A DNA stretch of 64,000 nt, from assembly GCA_038998335.1 (NCBI GenBank), contig JAVZHQ010000001.1, forward strand, positions 672,609 through 736,608. The letters are read 5' to 3'. Shown here one piece after another: positions 28,251-38,001 of this stretch. The notes beneath the pieces were generated by a model. It did no database searches, had not been told where the DNA came from, and saw only the letters and a program-made list of their open reading frames with translations. Made by a program: the position numbers and the translations under genes. Position 1 is the first letter of the stretch; each line of letters starts with the position of its first letter. The DNA is from Candidatus Aenigmatarchaeota archaeon (lineage in GTDB: Archaea; Aenigmatarchaeota; Aenigmatarchaeia; CG10238-14; SCSR01).

Positions 28251-28840
28251 ACAGTTATTCTATTCAATTCACTTTCTAGACTTTCTGCTCTTGCAATTTC
28301 TTTGTTGAACGGTTCTAATTTAGCTTGTTTTTCCTCTTCAAGTTCCTCTTCTAGTTGTGTTTTTATTATTTGATGTGCACCTTTGTAAATCTTAAGCATG
28401 TCTCTTGCAAAAGCTCTTGTTATTCTTGCGTATTTTTTGATTGGCTCTAAAGCAGCTATTAGGTGATCATAACCATTTCTAATATCCTCAACAGTTGTTT
28501 GTTGCTTCTTTCTAATAAGGTTATTCTCATAAACCTGAATAGCTTTCATAAACTCCTTCGAAGCCTCAGCAAATTGTATAGGAGGTTTATAAGGCTGCCT
28601 TACAACTCTTTTTTCTCCTGTTCTAGGATCTTCTATCTCAACCATTTCAGCATATAGGTCAGTAGCACCAAAATGAAGAAGTACTCTTAACCACTTTTCA
28701 TAAGAGTCGAAAATAGAATACTTTTTCCCTGTTTCATCCTTAACTTCATCAGCAAAGTATTGTTTAATATAATGCTTAAGTTGTCCACCAACTTCTATCA
28801 AATCTAGCAAGTTGTAAGTTTCTCCTATTTCTTGTGTCAT
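28247..28840 (-). CDS. Hypothetical protein
   Basis: 197-aa helical ORF. Confidence 0.6.
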   Translation of the reverse strand: MTQEIGETYNLLDLIEVGGQLKHYIKQYFADEVKDETGKKYSIFDSYEKWLRVLLHFGATDLYAEMVEIEDPRTGEKRVVRQPYKPPIQFAEASKEFMKAIQVYENNLIRKKQQTTVEDIRNGYDHLIAALEPIKKYARITRAFARDMLKIYKGAHQIIKTQLEEELEEEKQAKLEPFNKEIARAESLESELNRITV

Positions 28841-28876
28841 ATTTAATTGTTACCACTAACTAGTATTTAAAGATTT

Positions 28877-29641
28877 CTATTCTTCACTATATAATAGTAA
28901 AAACTCTTTTTCAGTAAAGTGCAAAATCCCTGGAAATATTATGACCGCAGGTATTTCTATATCTTTTTTTATTAAATTCTTTATTTTACCAAAAACAATT
29001 AAAGGCTTTTCGCTTCCTGCTTTCGAAAAAATTATTGCTTCTGATTCTTCAGAAATCACTCCTTCTTTCCTTTTTTTCTCGATTTCAAGTAGAATTTTTA
29101 ACCCTTCTCTTGGTTCCATATACCTTTTTTCCTCTGCCAAAACGTCTAGCAAGCATAAAGTATGTAAACCTCTAGCTTTATTCATTTTTATAACCTCATA
29201 AACAGATTCAGGAAGCTTTCCTTTTGTTCTTTCAAGAAAAGGAATAGTAACATAAGGTCCAAACTTTTGTAAGTGTAAACCAGTTTCTCCTATAGCTGAA
29301 ATTATAGAAGCGTTATGGATGACTTTTGTTTCTATTCCAAGCTTTTTTGCTTCTAGCATTAGAGAAGAATGAGTTGTTTGAACTAAGGCATCGCCTTGAA
29401 CGAACAAAATCACTTTTTGGTTTTTTGCAATTTCGAGAATTCTTTCGGAATTTTCTTCCAAATCTTTTCTTTCCAAAACTTCAATTTTCTTTCCAACAAG
29501 CTTTTCCAAGTTTTCTATGCTTCCATACCATTTGCTGGTATAAAGCTCGATAAAAATTTTGTCTGCACTTTTTGCTTCTTCTATTTCTCTTAAGCTTAAG
29601 TCCTTTTCGTCATACAAACCTAAACCAGCTAGTATTAACAT
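28877..29641 (-). CDS. dph5: Diphthine synthase
   Basis: GLGLYDEKDLS, ELYTS, GLHLQKFG..VTIPF, N..RGLHTLCLLD. Confidence 0.95.
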   Translation of the reverse strand: MLILAGLGLYDEKDLSLREIEEAKSADKIFIELYTSKWYGSIENLEKLVGKKIEVLERKDLEENSERILEIAKNQKVILFVQGDALVQTTHSSLMLEAKKLGIETKVIHNASIISAIGETGLHLQKFGPYVTIPFLERTKGKLPESVYEVIKMNKARGLHTLCLLDVLAEEKRYMEPREGLKILLEIEKKRKEGVISEESEAIIFSKAGSEKPLIVFGKIKNLIKKDIEIPAVIIFPGILHFTEKEFLLLYSEE

Positions 29642-30502
29642 CTATACCACAACACAATTTTTAATTAGTTCGTAAGCATTCTTTGCTTTTTCCTCAAGTT
29701 TAATCTTTAAAAAAGCTGCTTTTCCGCCATAAACTTTTGTTGAGGAAATTGTTAAAATTTTTCCTTTATGATTAACTTTTGCTCCCTCAAAAGGAGGTTG
29801 ATGGCTTCTTATCAAAGTTTTAACCTTTAAAATTTCCAGGCATTTTTCTGTTATGTCTTGTCCAAAAAGATAACCAATTCCTCTGTTAAAGTTTGGAATA
29901 AATCCTTGAATCTCGTAAGGATCGTTCCATAAAATTTCTATCAAGTCAGACTTTTCTGGGAAATTTTCCTTTGCTTTTTCTATGTCTTTAAAAGAAGAAA
30001 GGCTTACCGGAAAGCCTGCATGAAGAAAAATATATTTTTCAGGAAGAATTGCTCCTAATTGTAGCTTATCAAAAAGTTTGTAAAGTTTTCTGTAGATGTT
30101 TTCACCTTCTTTTCCATATTTTTCACACAACCTGAAAGGCAGATCATGAGGAGAAAAATCAACATATTGAGGAGCTTCATGATTTCCCCTTAACAAAAAA
30201 ACCCTTTCTGGATATTTTGCTTTCAAACTTAAAACAGTGTAAAAAACTTCTGGAGAATTTTCTCCTCTATCGCCATAATCCCCAAGAAAAAGGAAAAAAT
30301 CTTTTTTTAAATTACTTTTCTTAAGTATAGAGCAAAGACTTTCAAAATCTCCGTGCAAATCACCTATAGCTATCAAACTACCTTTTGAAGGTAAGTAGCA
30401 AAGGCTTTTCTCTTCCAAAACTTCTGAAGCTTTTTCTATAACTTCTATCATTTCTTGAAAAGAAGCTCTTCTAGCTTTTTCGAAAATTTCATCTATTTCC
30501 AT
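29642..30502 (-). CDS. PPP-family Ser/Thr protein phosphatase
   Basis: GDLHG, GDYGDRG, LRGNHE, LWNDP, RSHQ motifs. Confidence 0.9.
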   Translation of the reverse strand: MEIDEIFEKARRASFQEMIEVIEKASEVLEEKSLCYLPSKGSLIAIGDLHGDFESLCSILKKSNLKKDFFLFLGDYGDRGENSPEVFYTVLSLKAKYPERVFLLRGNHEAPQYVDFSPHDLPFRLCEKYGKEGENIYRKLYKLFDKLQLGAILPEKYIFLHAGFPVSLSSFKDIEKAKENFPEKSDLIEILWNDPYEIQGFIPNFNRGIGYLFGQDITEKCLEILKVKTLIRSHQPPFEGAKVNHKGKILTISSTKVYGGKAAFLKIKLEEKAKNAYELIKNCVVV

Positions 30503-30555
30503 GTTTATAGATTGGAGAAAAAATTAAAATTTGTTATAGCTGGCTAAATATAATT

Positions 30556-31419
30556 ATGGTAATTCCTTTAATAGAAAAGTTAAAAGAAATTTTTAAAGAG
30601 AAATTAACAGAAGAGGAAATGAAGCTTTTACCTTCTAGCTTTGATATAATTGGTTCAAGAGAAAAAGCTGTAGCTATAGTTGAAATTCCTGAAGAGCTTA
30701 AGGATAAACAAGAAATAATAGCAAAAGCTATAATGAAACTTCATAAAAACGTGAAAACTGTTTTGAAAAAGGCTTCTGAAAGGAAAGGCAAGCTAAGGAT
30801 AAGAGAATATGAGTTAATAGCTGGCGAAACTAATACAGAAGTTTTACATAAGGAATATGGATACTTGCTAAAGCTTGACCCTCAAAAAGTTTATTTCTCG
30901 CCAAGAGAGGCTACAGAAAGACAAAGAATTGCAGAACAAGTTAAACCTAGTGAAAATGTTTTAGTTATGTTTAGTGGAGTTTGTCCTTATCCTTTGGCTA
31001 TATTCAAAAAACAACCAAAAGTGAATAAAATTGTTGCTGTTGAAATTAACCCTGATGCACATAAGTATGCAGAAGAAAATGTTAAATTGAACAAAGCTGA
31101 GAAAAAGGTTTTCCCTGTTTTAGGCGACGTAAAAGAAGTTTGTCCAAAATATTACGGAAAATTTGATCGCATAGTAATGCCTTTGCCCTTAGGGGCTGAA
31201 AGTTTTCTTGACATTGCTATTAAATGCTTAAAGTCTCAAGGCGGAATCGTTCATTTTTACAATTGGGGTAGTGAGGATGATTTATACTCAAGAGCTTTAA
31301 GCTTAATAGAGAAACACGCAAGAAAGCTAAGGAAAAAAGTTGAAATTTTGAATAAAAGAAAAGTTCTACCTTATGCTCCAAAAAAGTATAAGGTTTGTAT
31401 AGATTTTAAGGTAGTTTGA
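30556..31419 (+). CDS. trm5: tRNA methyltransferase, Trm5/Tyw2 (Met-10+) family
   Basis: SFDIIG, KVYFSPR, VMFSGVCPY, EINP, FDRIVMPLP. Confidence 0.8.
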   Translation: MVIPLIEKLKEIFKEKLTEEEMKLLPSSFDIIGSREKAVAIVEIPEELKDKQEIIAKAIMKLHKNVKTVLKKASERKGKLRIREYELIAGETNTEVLHKEYGYLLKLDPQKVYFSPREATERQRIAEQVKPSENVLVMFSGVCPYPLAIFKKQPKVNKIVAVEINPDAHKYAEENVKLNKAEKKVFPVLGDVKEVCPKYYGKFDRIVMPLPLGAESFLDIAIKCLKSQGGIVHFYNWGSEDDLYSRALSLIEKHARKLRKKVEILNKRKVLPYAPKKYKVCIDFKVV

Positions 31420-32171
31420 TGGTAGTTTGTGTAATTCATGCAGGTGGAAAAGGAGAAAGACTTTTACCTTTAACTTTAACAACACCAAAACCTTTGATAG
31501 AAATTGGTCTAGAGAAAAAACCTTTGATTTACTGGAGCATGCTTCCTGCCATAAGCTATGGAATAAAAAAGTTTGTTATAACAACGAATTACTTAAGCGA
31601 GAAAATTGAAGAGTATTTTAAGAGAGAAGAATGGAAGGATTTTGAAATAGTAATTTATAGAGAAAAAGAAAAATTAGGAAGTGCAGGAGCAACAAAGTAT
31701 TGCATAGAAGAAGGAATCCTAGACAAAAAAGAAACTGTTCTTATGCAAAATGCTTCTGACATAACAAGAAATTTTATAGCAGAACTTCTTAAATATCACA
31801 AAAAACAGGAAGAAAAAGGTTTCGAGTTAACAATAGTATGCGCTGAAAGATGCGTGATACCTTCCAGCAAAGTAGAATATAATATAAAAACAGGAAAAGC
31901 TTTAAGCTTGAAAAGAAAGCCAATTCATGTTTGGGATAAGGGAAGTGCAAGCCATACAGGAAGTTTTGTTTTTAGCCCAAAAGCTTTAGGAAAGTTTGAG
32001 AACGTTAAAATACCTTCAAACCCTGAGGATAGTGTTGTTCAAGATTTGATAGAAGAAGGGAAAGCTTGTGTTTATGTTACTGATACATGGATACCGATAA
32101 AATATTATTCAGATATAGAAGAAGCAAATAAAATTGATTTAAGAGAATTTATACTTGGAAGGCAGGGGTAG
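31416..32171 (+). CDS. NDP-sugar pyrophosphorylase family nucleotidyltransferase
   Basis: AGGKGERLLPLT...PKPL, EKLGSAGA. Confidence 0.85.
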   Translation: MMVVCVIHAGGKGERLLPLTLTTPKPLIEIGLEKKPLIYWSMLPAISYGIKKFVITTNYLSEKIEEYFKREEWKDFEIVIYREKEKLGSAGATKYCIEEGILDKKETVLMQNASDITRNFIAELLKYHKKQEEKGFELTIVCAERCVIPSSKVEYNIKTGKALSLKRKPIHVWDKGSASHTGSFVFSPKALGKFENVKIPSNPEDSVVQDLIEEGKACVYVTDTWIPIKYYSDIEEANKIDLREFILGRQG

Positions 32172-32247
32172 CCAAGTCTGGTCAAAGGCGCAGGCTTCAG
32201 GAGCCTGTGGCTTAGTGCCTTCCTGGGTTCAAATCCCAGCCCCTGCA
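32162..32247 (+). tRNA. tRNA-Leu(CAG), intron-less, CCA not encoded
   Basis: Acceptor GCAGGGG/CCCCTGC, anticodon stem CAGGC/GCCTG with loop TT-CAG-GA, long variable arm, GGTTCAAATCC T-arm. Confidence 0.95.
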
Positions 32248-32316
32248 CTAATTTAATTTAAAAGAGTTAAGATTATGATCATGCACCAAAGATTAAGAAA
32301 GTTTTAAAAAGTAGCT

Positions 32317-32817
32317 CTAGATTAAATCGACCATATAGTCATATTTGTACTCTTCTATGATTGAAGATGTTTCGTAATCCTTAATTATTCCAGGAAACTT
32401 CTTCCTAATTTCACTTATTATTTCATCGAAATGTTTGAGATTTTTAGCAGCGATGTTTATTATGAAATCCCATTTTCCTGTAGTTTTTGCTACATACACT
32501 ATATTTGGGTGTGTAATTAAAAATGAAATAAAGGATTTTTCAAGTTCTTCGGTCAGGTTAGAAAGAGTTATATTAACGAAGGCATACACAGGATAACCTA
32601 AAATTAAGGGATTTAAAACAGTATGAAAAAATCTTATTACTTTAAGTTTTTCCATTCTTCTAATCCTGTATAAGATTGTATCTCTTTGGATACCAGTCTT
32701 TAAGGAAATATCACTAATTGGAAGCCTTGCATTCTTGTCCAATACTTTTAATATTTTTTTATCCTTTTCGTCAAGCTTAACCACTCTACCGGGTTCTGTT
32801 AAGTAATCTTTTTGCAT
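32317..32817 (-). CDS. Lrp/AsnC family transcriptional regulator
   Basis: LDEKDKKILKVLDKNAR HTH, TTGKWDF RAM domain. Confidence 0.9.
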   Translation of the reverse strand: MQKDYLTEPGRVVKLDEKDKKILKVLDKNARLPISDISLKTGIQRDTILYRIRRMEKLKVIRFFHTVLNPLILGYPVYAFVNITLSNLTEELEKSFISFLITHPNIVYVAKTTGKWDFIINIAAKNLKHFDEIISEIRKKFPGIIKDYETSSIIEEYKYDYMVDLI

Positions 32818-32922
32818 ATTTTCTTATTTAAAAAAATAAATTGATAAATATTTCGTTTTATAAGAAAAAATTTTTAGAAAAATTTATTAATTAAAAAAAT
32901 GCTTTTTTAAAAGGCGAATAAC

Positions 32923-33309
32923 ATGAGCAGAAGAAGAGAAAGAATAAGATTATCTTCAGGTGTAGAATGGTATTTAGAAGAAAACAGTACTCGAAGAGAA
33001 AACTGTCTAGCCATTTTAGCACGCAGAACGGAAAACTGTTTGTTTGAATTAACACCAGCTACTATTTGGGAAGAGTTAATGAAGAATAGCAAGTATGCTA
33101 ATGTTTATAATCTCTCAAGCAGACCAATTGAAAATGAAGAAAGCGTAGCCTATATGCTATTTGACCTACCTCCAGAATTTTCTAGGCAGTTGCTTCAAAG
33201 ATATAGAAAAAAAGGATACTTGGAAAGAAAAGATGTAGAAGAAGTATACAATTCTGTTTGTAAATCCCAACACAAAAAAGTCTTCTTTAAAAATTCAGAA
33301 ATCGTTTAG
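32923..33309 (+). CDS. Hypothetical protein
   Basis: 128-aa ORF divergent from the Lrp gene. Confidence 0.5.
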   Translation: MSRRRERIRLSSGVEWYLEENSTRRENCLAILARRTENCLFELTPATIWEELMKNSKYANVYNLSSRPIENEESVAYMLFDLPPEFSRQLLQRYRKKGYLERKDVEEVYNSVCKSQHKKVFFKNSEIV

Positions 33310-33560
33310 AGTTAGCTTGTTATCTAATACTGGAGCGCTGAAAAGATGAGTTCAGAAACATGTTCATATCTAAATTTATTTAAAAGCTGTAATTTCCTTT
33401 ATTAAATTTAAACTTTATCCGAAAACTTTAAAAGAAAGAAACCAGCACAACTTCCTTAAAAACTTATCGGTTAATTTTATATTCTCGATTTTTTATGCTG
33501 TTAATAATAGATGATTCCTTTGATTTAAAAGGATGAAAAAAATCCTTAGGAGGCGAAAAA

Positions 33561-33620
33561 ATGCCAAAGAAAAAGAAGGAAGAACCAAAACCTGAGGAGC
33601 AAACAACTCCTCCTGCCTAA
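33561..33620 (+). CDS. Putative 19-aa micro-protein MPKKKKEEPKPEEQTTPPA
   Basis: AGGAGG SD 7 nt upstream of ATG; followed by hairpin and T-tracts. Confidence 0.5.
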   Translation: MPKKKKEEPKPEEQTTPPA

Positions 33621-33655
33621 GTTATAGGCAGCCTTTTTTTCTTTTTTATTTTTTT
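33613..33655 (+). terminator. Hairpin plus poly-T terminator-like element
   Basis: CTGCCTA-AGTTA-TAGGCAG then T7-C-T6-A-T7. Confidence 0.55.
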
Positions 33656-33672
33656 AAAACCAATATCATATA

Positions 33673-34857
33673 ATGTTAGACATTTACCAAGCTTCCATGA
33701 TAATTTTTTTTGTTATACTTGCGATTTGGGCATACTTTGACAGGAAGAATATTGAGTTTAAGTATATAATTCTTCTTAGAAAAACCAAGAAAGGGTTAAA
33801 AATTTTGGACAAGATTGCTAGTTTTAAAAGATTCTGGAAGGTTGTTGGAGCAATAGCAATAGTTTCTTGCTTTTTAATGATGGTTGATGGACTAAGAGGT
33901 ATTGTTATAGCATCTTTTATGATAATTTCTGGGCAAATAAAGGAATCCCTAGGAGGTTTAGTTTTACCAGTTCCAAGTGCTACTCCTGTTTTTGGCCCAG
34001 GCTTCATAGGTTTGCCTTTTCTTTTCTGGATAATTATTTTGCCAACAATTTTATTCCCTCACGAGATTGCCCATGGAATAATGTGCAGGCTTGAGAAAAT
34101 TAAGATAAAGTCTATGGGAGTAATATTGCTTCTTGTTTTACCAGGAGCTTTTGTTGAACCTGATGAAGATGAAATAAAAAAATCAAGGCTTATAACCAAG
34201 CTAAGAATATTTAGTGCAGGAAGTTTTGCAAACCTTTTAGTTGCTTGCTTAATTTTTACTCCTTTTTTTGGAATTGGATTACTTCCAAATCTTATCTGGT
34301 CTAATATAGCTACAGGCTACTTAAAAATAACTGAGGTTAATTCAACTTCACCTGCTGGAAGGGCTGGTTTAGAATCAGGAATGATAATAACAGAAATTAA
34401 CGGGAATAAAGTGGAAATAAGTTATCTTGATTTTCTATCAGCTAACTATTTGACAAAATATATCAAAAAAATAAAAGCTGGGGATACGATAAACATTACT
34501 GCCAACGGAAAGTTATACGAAATTCCTGTAGAAGAAATAAAAATAAACAATGTAACAAGACTTTTTATAGGAATTAATAATGAAAATGTTTTGCCTGATC
34601 CAAAATGCGATGAAGCAACTTTTTACTTTGTTTCTAACCTTTTTACCTGGATGTGGATCTTAAATTATGCTGTTGCTGTTTTCAACATTTTACCGGTTTA
34701 TCCTTTGGATGGTGGCTTAATTCTTAAGTCATTAACTGAGAAAATTTCAAAAAAATATTCAGACCAAATCGTAATCTCAATCACAACATTAGTTTCCCTA
34801 CTTGTTTTATTCACGATAATAGGTCCTTACATCATGAGAGTACTTCAGTTTTTCTAA
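33673..34857 (+). CDS. Site-2 protease (M50) with PDZ domain
   Basis: HEIAH, GAFVEP, SPAGRAGL PDZ, NILPVYPLDGG. Confidence 0.92.
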   Translation: MLDIYQASMIIFFVILAIWAYFDRKNIEFKYIILLRKTKKGLKILDKIASFKRFWKVVGAIAIVSCFLMMVDGLRGIVIASFMIISGQIKESLGGLVLPVPSATPVFGPGFIGLPFLFWIIILPTILFPHEIAHGIMCRLEKIKIKSMGVILLLVLPGAFVEPDEDEIKKSRLITKLRIFSAGSFANLLVACLIFTPFFGIGLLPNLIWSNIATGYLKITEVNSTSPAGRAGLESGMIITEINGNKVEISYLDFLSANYLTKYIKKIKAGDTINITANGKLYEIPVEEIKINNVTRLFIGINNENVLPDPKCDEATFYFVSNLFTWMWILNYAVAVFNILPVYPLDGGLILKSLTEKISKKYSDQIVISITTLVSLLVLFTIIGPYIMRVLQFF

Positions 34858-35395
34858 CCTCAAAATTCCTTATAGGATAAACTTTTCTTGCTTCCTGCAT
34901 AACTCTGTTTTTTATTGAATTGTCTATGAGCTTTTTAACAAATTCAGAAATCTTTGATTTTTCCACTTCTTCTTTTATTATCTCACTGATCTTCTTTCTC
35001 ATAAACTTTTTTGTCTTGCTGTTTATTTTCCTTGAAACTATGGCTAAACCTTTTACCCTTATTTTAACTCCATCGCTAGTGGTTAAGTCTTGAATTGTAT
35101 CTATCCTCCTTATTTTCCTCAATACAAGCCTTGAAATGTAATCGCGCAAACATTCAGAACCGTCAAAATCGGCAAAAGCCTTTTCTCCTTCAACCCTTTT
35201 TATCTTGAAAGTAAACTTCATATAATATTTTGACAAATCGTTTGTTAGCTCGACTAAATTGATTGTTATTCTTCTCCCTATCAAAGAATTTGGCTCTTCT
35301 GCTAAAGTTTTCCCTATTTCCTTATTTTCTAGGTAATCAGGAGCTATTACTGCAAACCAATGCTTTGCCTTAGCTTTTTTCACCAAGCGCTTCAC
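34832..35395 (-). CDS. rps3ae: 30S ribosomal protein eS1 (S3Ae)
   Basis: KHWFAVIAP, LIGRRI, RDYISRLV, KVYPIRNFEVRK. Confidence 0.92.
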   Translation of the reverse strand: MKRLVKKAKAKHWFAVIAPDYLENKEIGKTLAEEPNSLIGRRITINLVELTNDLSKYYMKFTFKIKRVEGEKAFADFDGSECLRDYISRLVLRKIRRIDTIQDLTTSDGVKIRVKGLAIVSRKINSKTKKFMRKKISEIIKEEVEKSKISEFVKKLIDNSIKNRVMQEARKVYPIRNFEVRKTEVLS

Positions 35396-36734
35396 CCAAT
35401 AACTTTTCTATTGTTTCTATAAATTTTTCTTCTTTTCCCTTTGGTATTATTCCACCTGCTGCTTTTTGATGGCCTCCACCTTCTCCCTCAAGCTGTGAAG
35501 TCGAAACTCTAATAATTTCTTTAAGGTTTATCGAGTTAAAAAGCTTCGGTATTCTTGCCGAAATTTTTACTTCATCATCAGAGTAAGCTAAACCAAACAA
35601 TGGCTTGCTATCTACTAAGGAAGAATTTAAAAGTATTGAAGTTATTGTTCCTATGAGAGTGTCTGGGATTTTATCTTTTGCTATCAAAAAGTTTGCGTGC
35701 TTTTTCTTGATTATAGGGTTTTCTTCCTTTATCCAAGCTAAAATCCTGCTTATTTCTTTTCTGTATTCTTCGAATATTTTCAAGGCTTCTTCTAAGGCTT
35801 CTTTATTTCTTAAACAAACTTTTATCGCTATATCTGTTCTTCCTAGCCTTCCGCAAGCGTTTATTAAAGTTGCAAACTCTCTTGCGTCTTGAATTTCTTC
35901 AGGCCTTTCAACCAAAGTGTAAATATCGCCAAAAATGTCTTCCGCGTTTTCAAGTTTAAACCTTTCGGCTATTAAAGCAGAAGCAAGCTTTCTTTGCTCT
36001 TCCATGCTTAAATCTTTAAGCTTTCTCCATTTTCCGTTTTCTTTCAAAGGAATCCCTATTTCAGACAAAAGTTGAACTGCATTGGATTCTGAGCCACTTA
36101 TTCCTGGGATGTAAGGATCAAAGGAAAGTTCTAAGGCTTTGTGAATAGCTCTTGTGTTTCTTCCGTAAAGTCTTAAACCTTTTGTTATTCTTACTTTCCC
36201 AAGGTTTTCCGCTTCTTCTAAAACTTTTTTTGCTAAACCTTTAAGCTCCCATTTTTCATCAATCATATCACCAATTGCTCCAACTATAGCTAAATCTATA
36301 AGCTCAGAATTTCTTATATCAAAAAATTTCGCAAAGAAATAACAAACTATTGATGTTGACACTTCTTCTTCTCCAAAAAGAATTGGGTTTAAATGATAAA
36401 GGTTAAAATGAGAAAAATCTTTTGGTTGATGATGATCTATAACAAAAACTTGAGTTTTTTCCAAAAATTTTTTTAACAAGTCAAGCTGCCCGCTACCCAA
36501 ATCAAGAAAAAGCAAAATTGTTTTCTCATCAAAATCAAGTTTTTCAACTTCCTTTGCAGTAAGCTGCTTGATTATTCTTAAAATAAAGTTTTTATTTTCT
36601 CTTAGAAGCATTTTAGCTATAATCGAAGCAGAAGTTAAGCCATCGCAATCAAAATGAGAAATTATAGCTACACTTTTCTCTTTTATCATCCCTTTAAAAA
36701 CTTTAGAAAACCTCTCAACATTTTCTAAAAACAA
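35370..36734 (-). CDS. RecJ-like DHH/DHHA1 phosphoesterase
   Basis: SHFDCDG, DLGSG, IDHH, GGGHQKAAG; usual position between uS15 and eS1. Confidence 0.9.
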   Translation of the reverse strand: MFLENVERFSKVFKGMIKEKSVAIISHFDCDGLTSASIIAKMLLRENKNFILRIIKQLTAKEVEKLDFDEKTILLFLDLGSGQLDLLKKFLEKTQVFVIDHHQPKDFSHFNLYHLNPILFGEEEVSTSIVCYFFAKFFDIRNSELIDLAIVGAIGDMIDEKWELKGLAKKVLEEAENLGKVRITKGLRLYGRNTRAIHKALELSFDPYIPGISGSESNAVQLLSEIGIPLKENGKWRKLKDLSMEEQRKLASALIAERFKLENAEDIFGDIYTLVERPEEIQDAREFATLINACGRLGRTDIAIKVCLRNKEALEEALKIFEEYRKEISRILAWIKEENPIIKKKHANFLIAKDKIPDTLIGTITSILLNSSLVDSKPLFGLAYSDDEVKISARIPKLFNSINLKEIIRVSTSQLEGEGGGHQKAAGGIIPKGKEEKFIETIEKLLGEALGEKS

Positions 36735-36738
36735 GCGA

Positions 36739-37173
36739 TCACTTCTGCACCAAAAGCTTTGCTTCTTCCGGAGAATACTTCCAATCTTTTGGCAAAATTC
36801 CTTTTCTTATGTAATACTTTGCTAACTTTCTTATTCTTGATTCTAAAAGTTGCAAACCTCTTAAAGAATGTTTATCAGCTTTATTCTTTTCTAAATGCTC
36901 TCTAAGTTTTACTGCCCTTCTAAAAAGACTTAGTAAATCTTCTGGATAAGAAGGATAAAGCTTATGCTCTTTCATTATTTGCGTTATGCTTTTTCCTGTT
37001 ATTGCTTTAACGTCAGGAATTCCGTACTGATCTCTTAAGATTAATCCTATTTTTGCAGAGGTGTTTCCTTCCTTAGCCAATTTTACTACCAATTCTTCAA
37101 CTTCCTCTTTCTTAAGCTTGACCCATTTTGGAACAAATCTTATTGGTAAGCGTTTAGAAGCCATATAAATCAC
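36739..37173 (-). CDS. rps15: 30S ribosomal protein uS15
   Basis: [40 protein letters not shown]. Confidence 0.95.
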   Translation of the reverse strand: MIYMASKRLPIRFVPKWVKLKKEEVEELVVKLAKEGNTSAKIGLILRDQYGIPDVKAITGKSITQIMKEHKLYPSYPEDLLSLFRRAVKLREHLEKNKADKHSLRGLQLLESRIRKLAKYYIRKGILPKDWKYSPEEAKLLVQK

Positions 37174-37409
37174 TTAAAGACCCAGATAAAAATCAAAGTC
37201 ACTGTTGAGAGAAAACTTAAAGAAGCTCCTACCATAGCTAAAATCGCAGGAAAACCTTGAGGTGAAACTATTGTTAAGCCTATGCCTAAGCTAAAGAAAA
37301 TTGCTCCTAAAAATATCAACAATATCGAAATGTTTTCTGCAGTTTCAATTCTATTCTTTCCCTTTATTTTTTCTTTCCATATATCTTGCACGCCTTTCAA
37401 TTTCTTCAA
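37170..37409 (-). CDS. Small two-TM membrane protein (start uncertain)
   Basis: Fills the bud32-rps15 gap; two hydrophobic helices. Confidence 0.5.
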   Translation of the reverse strand: MKKLKGVQDIWKEKIKGKNRIETAENISILLIFLGAIFFSLGIGLTIVSPQGFPAILAMVGASLSFLSTVTLIFIWVFK

Positions 37410-37992
37410 CCTTCCTCAAAACTTTTTCTGCATCCTTATATTCTTTTTTATAACCTTTAACTATATTATTCCAGCAAAGCTTTAAAACTTTAAAATGAGC
37501 TGATTTTATAGCTTCATAAAGCAAGTTTAGATCAACACCAAAATCTTCTATTCTTTTTGAAAAATCTCCTAGGCTAAAATCTAAAAAATAAATTTTATCG
37601 TCTTTTAAAATCATGTTGCTTGTTGTTAAATCGCCATGAACGATTCCAGAAGAATGAAGCTTTCCTATTAATTTACCGAGCTCAAAGCAAACTTTTTCTA
37701 TTTCTTCTTTTTTTGCTGAGTTTAAAAACTCTTTAAGCCTTATTCCTTCTATAAATTCCATTATTATCTTATGATTTTTCTCGTCAACAAAAAGAACTTG
37801 TGGAGTTGCTATTCCTATGCTTCTTGCTTCTCTCAAAAGACTGACTTCTTTTCTTGTCCTCACTTTTCTCAATTTTGTATCTATTTCTTCAATTCTGTAT
37901 TTTTTCTCTATTCTTTCCTTGACTAAAACCTTCTTTCCTTCAAAATAATCAAGATAAAGAATTGCCTCTGCTCCTCTGTAGATAATTTCCAT
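37351..37992 (-). CDS. bud32: KEOPS kinase Bud32
   Basis: RGAEA, KYRI..ID..LR..RTRKE, HGDLTTSN, DFSL. Confidence 0.92.
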   Translation of the reverse strand: MEIIYRGAEAILYLDYFEGKKVLVKERIEKKYRIEEIDTKLRKVRTRKEVSLLREARSIGIATPQVLFVDEKNHKIIMEFIEGIRLKEFLNSAKKEEIEKVCFELGKLIGKLHSSGIVHGDLTTSNMILKDDKIYFLDFSLGDFSKRIEDFGVDLNLLYEAIKSAHFKVLKLCWNNIVKGYKKEYKDAEKVLRKVEEIERRARYMERKNKGKE

Positions 37993-38001
37993 AGAATCAG
38001 C

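Noticed and set aside
32162..33309. Integrated element at tRNA-Leu
   Set aside because: No integrase and no duplicated tRNA 3' end seen in the window.
33310..33540. Possible C/D-box sRNA in the intergenic region
   Set aside because: No properly ordered RUGAUGA/CUGA boxes found.
36739..37173. Short uS15 N-terminus as a sign of another split gene
   Set aside because: No upstream exon-like MARMH sequence or BHB; the upstream DNA is occupied by another ORF.
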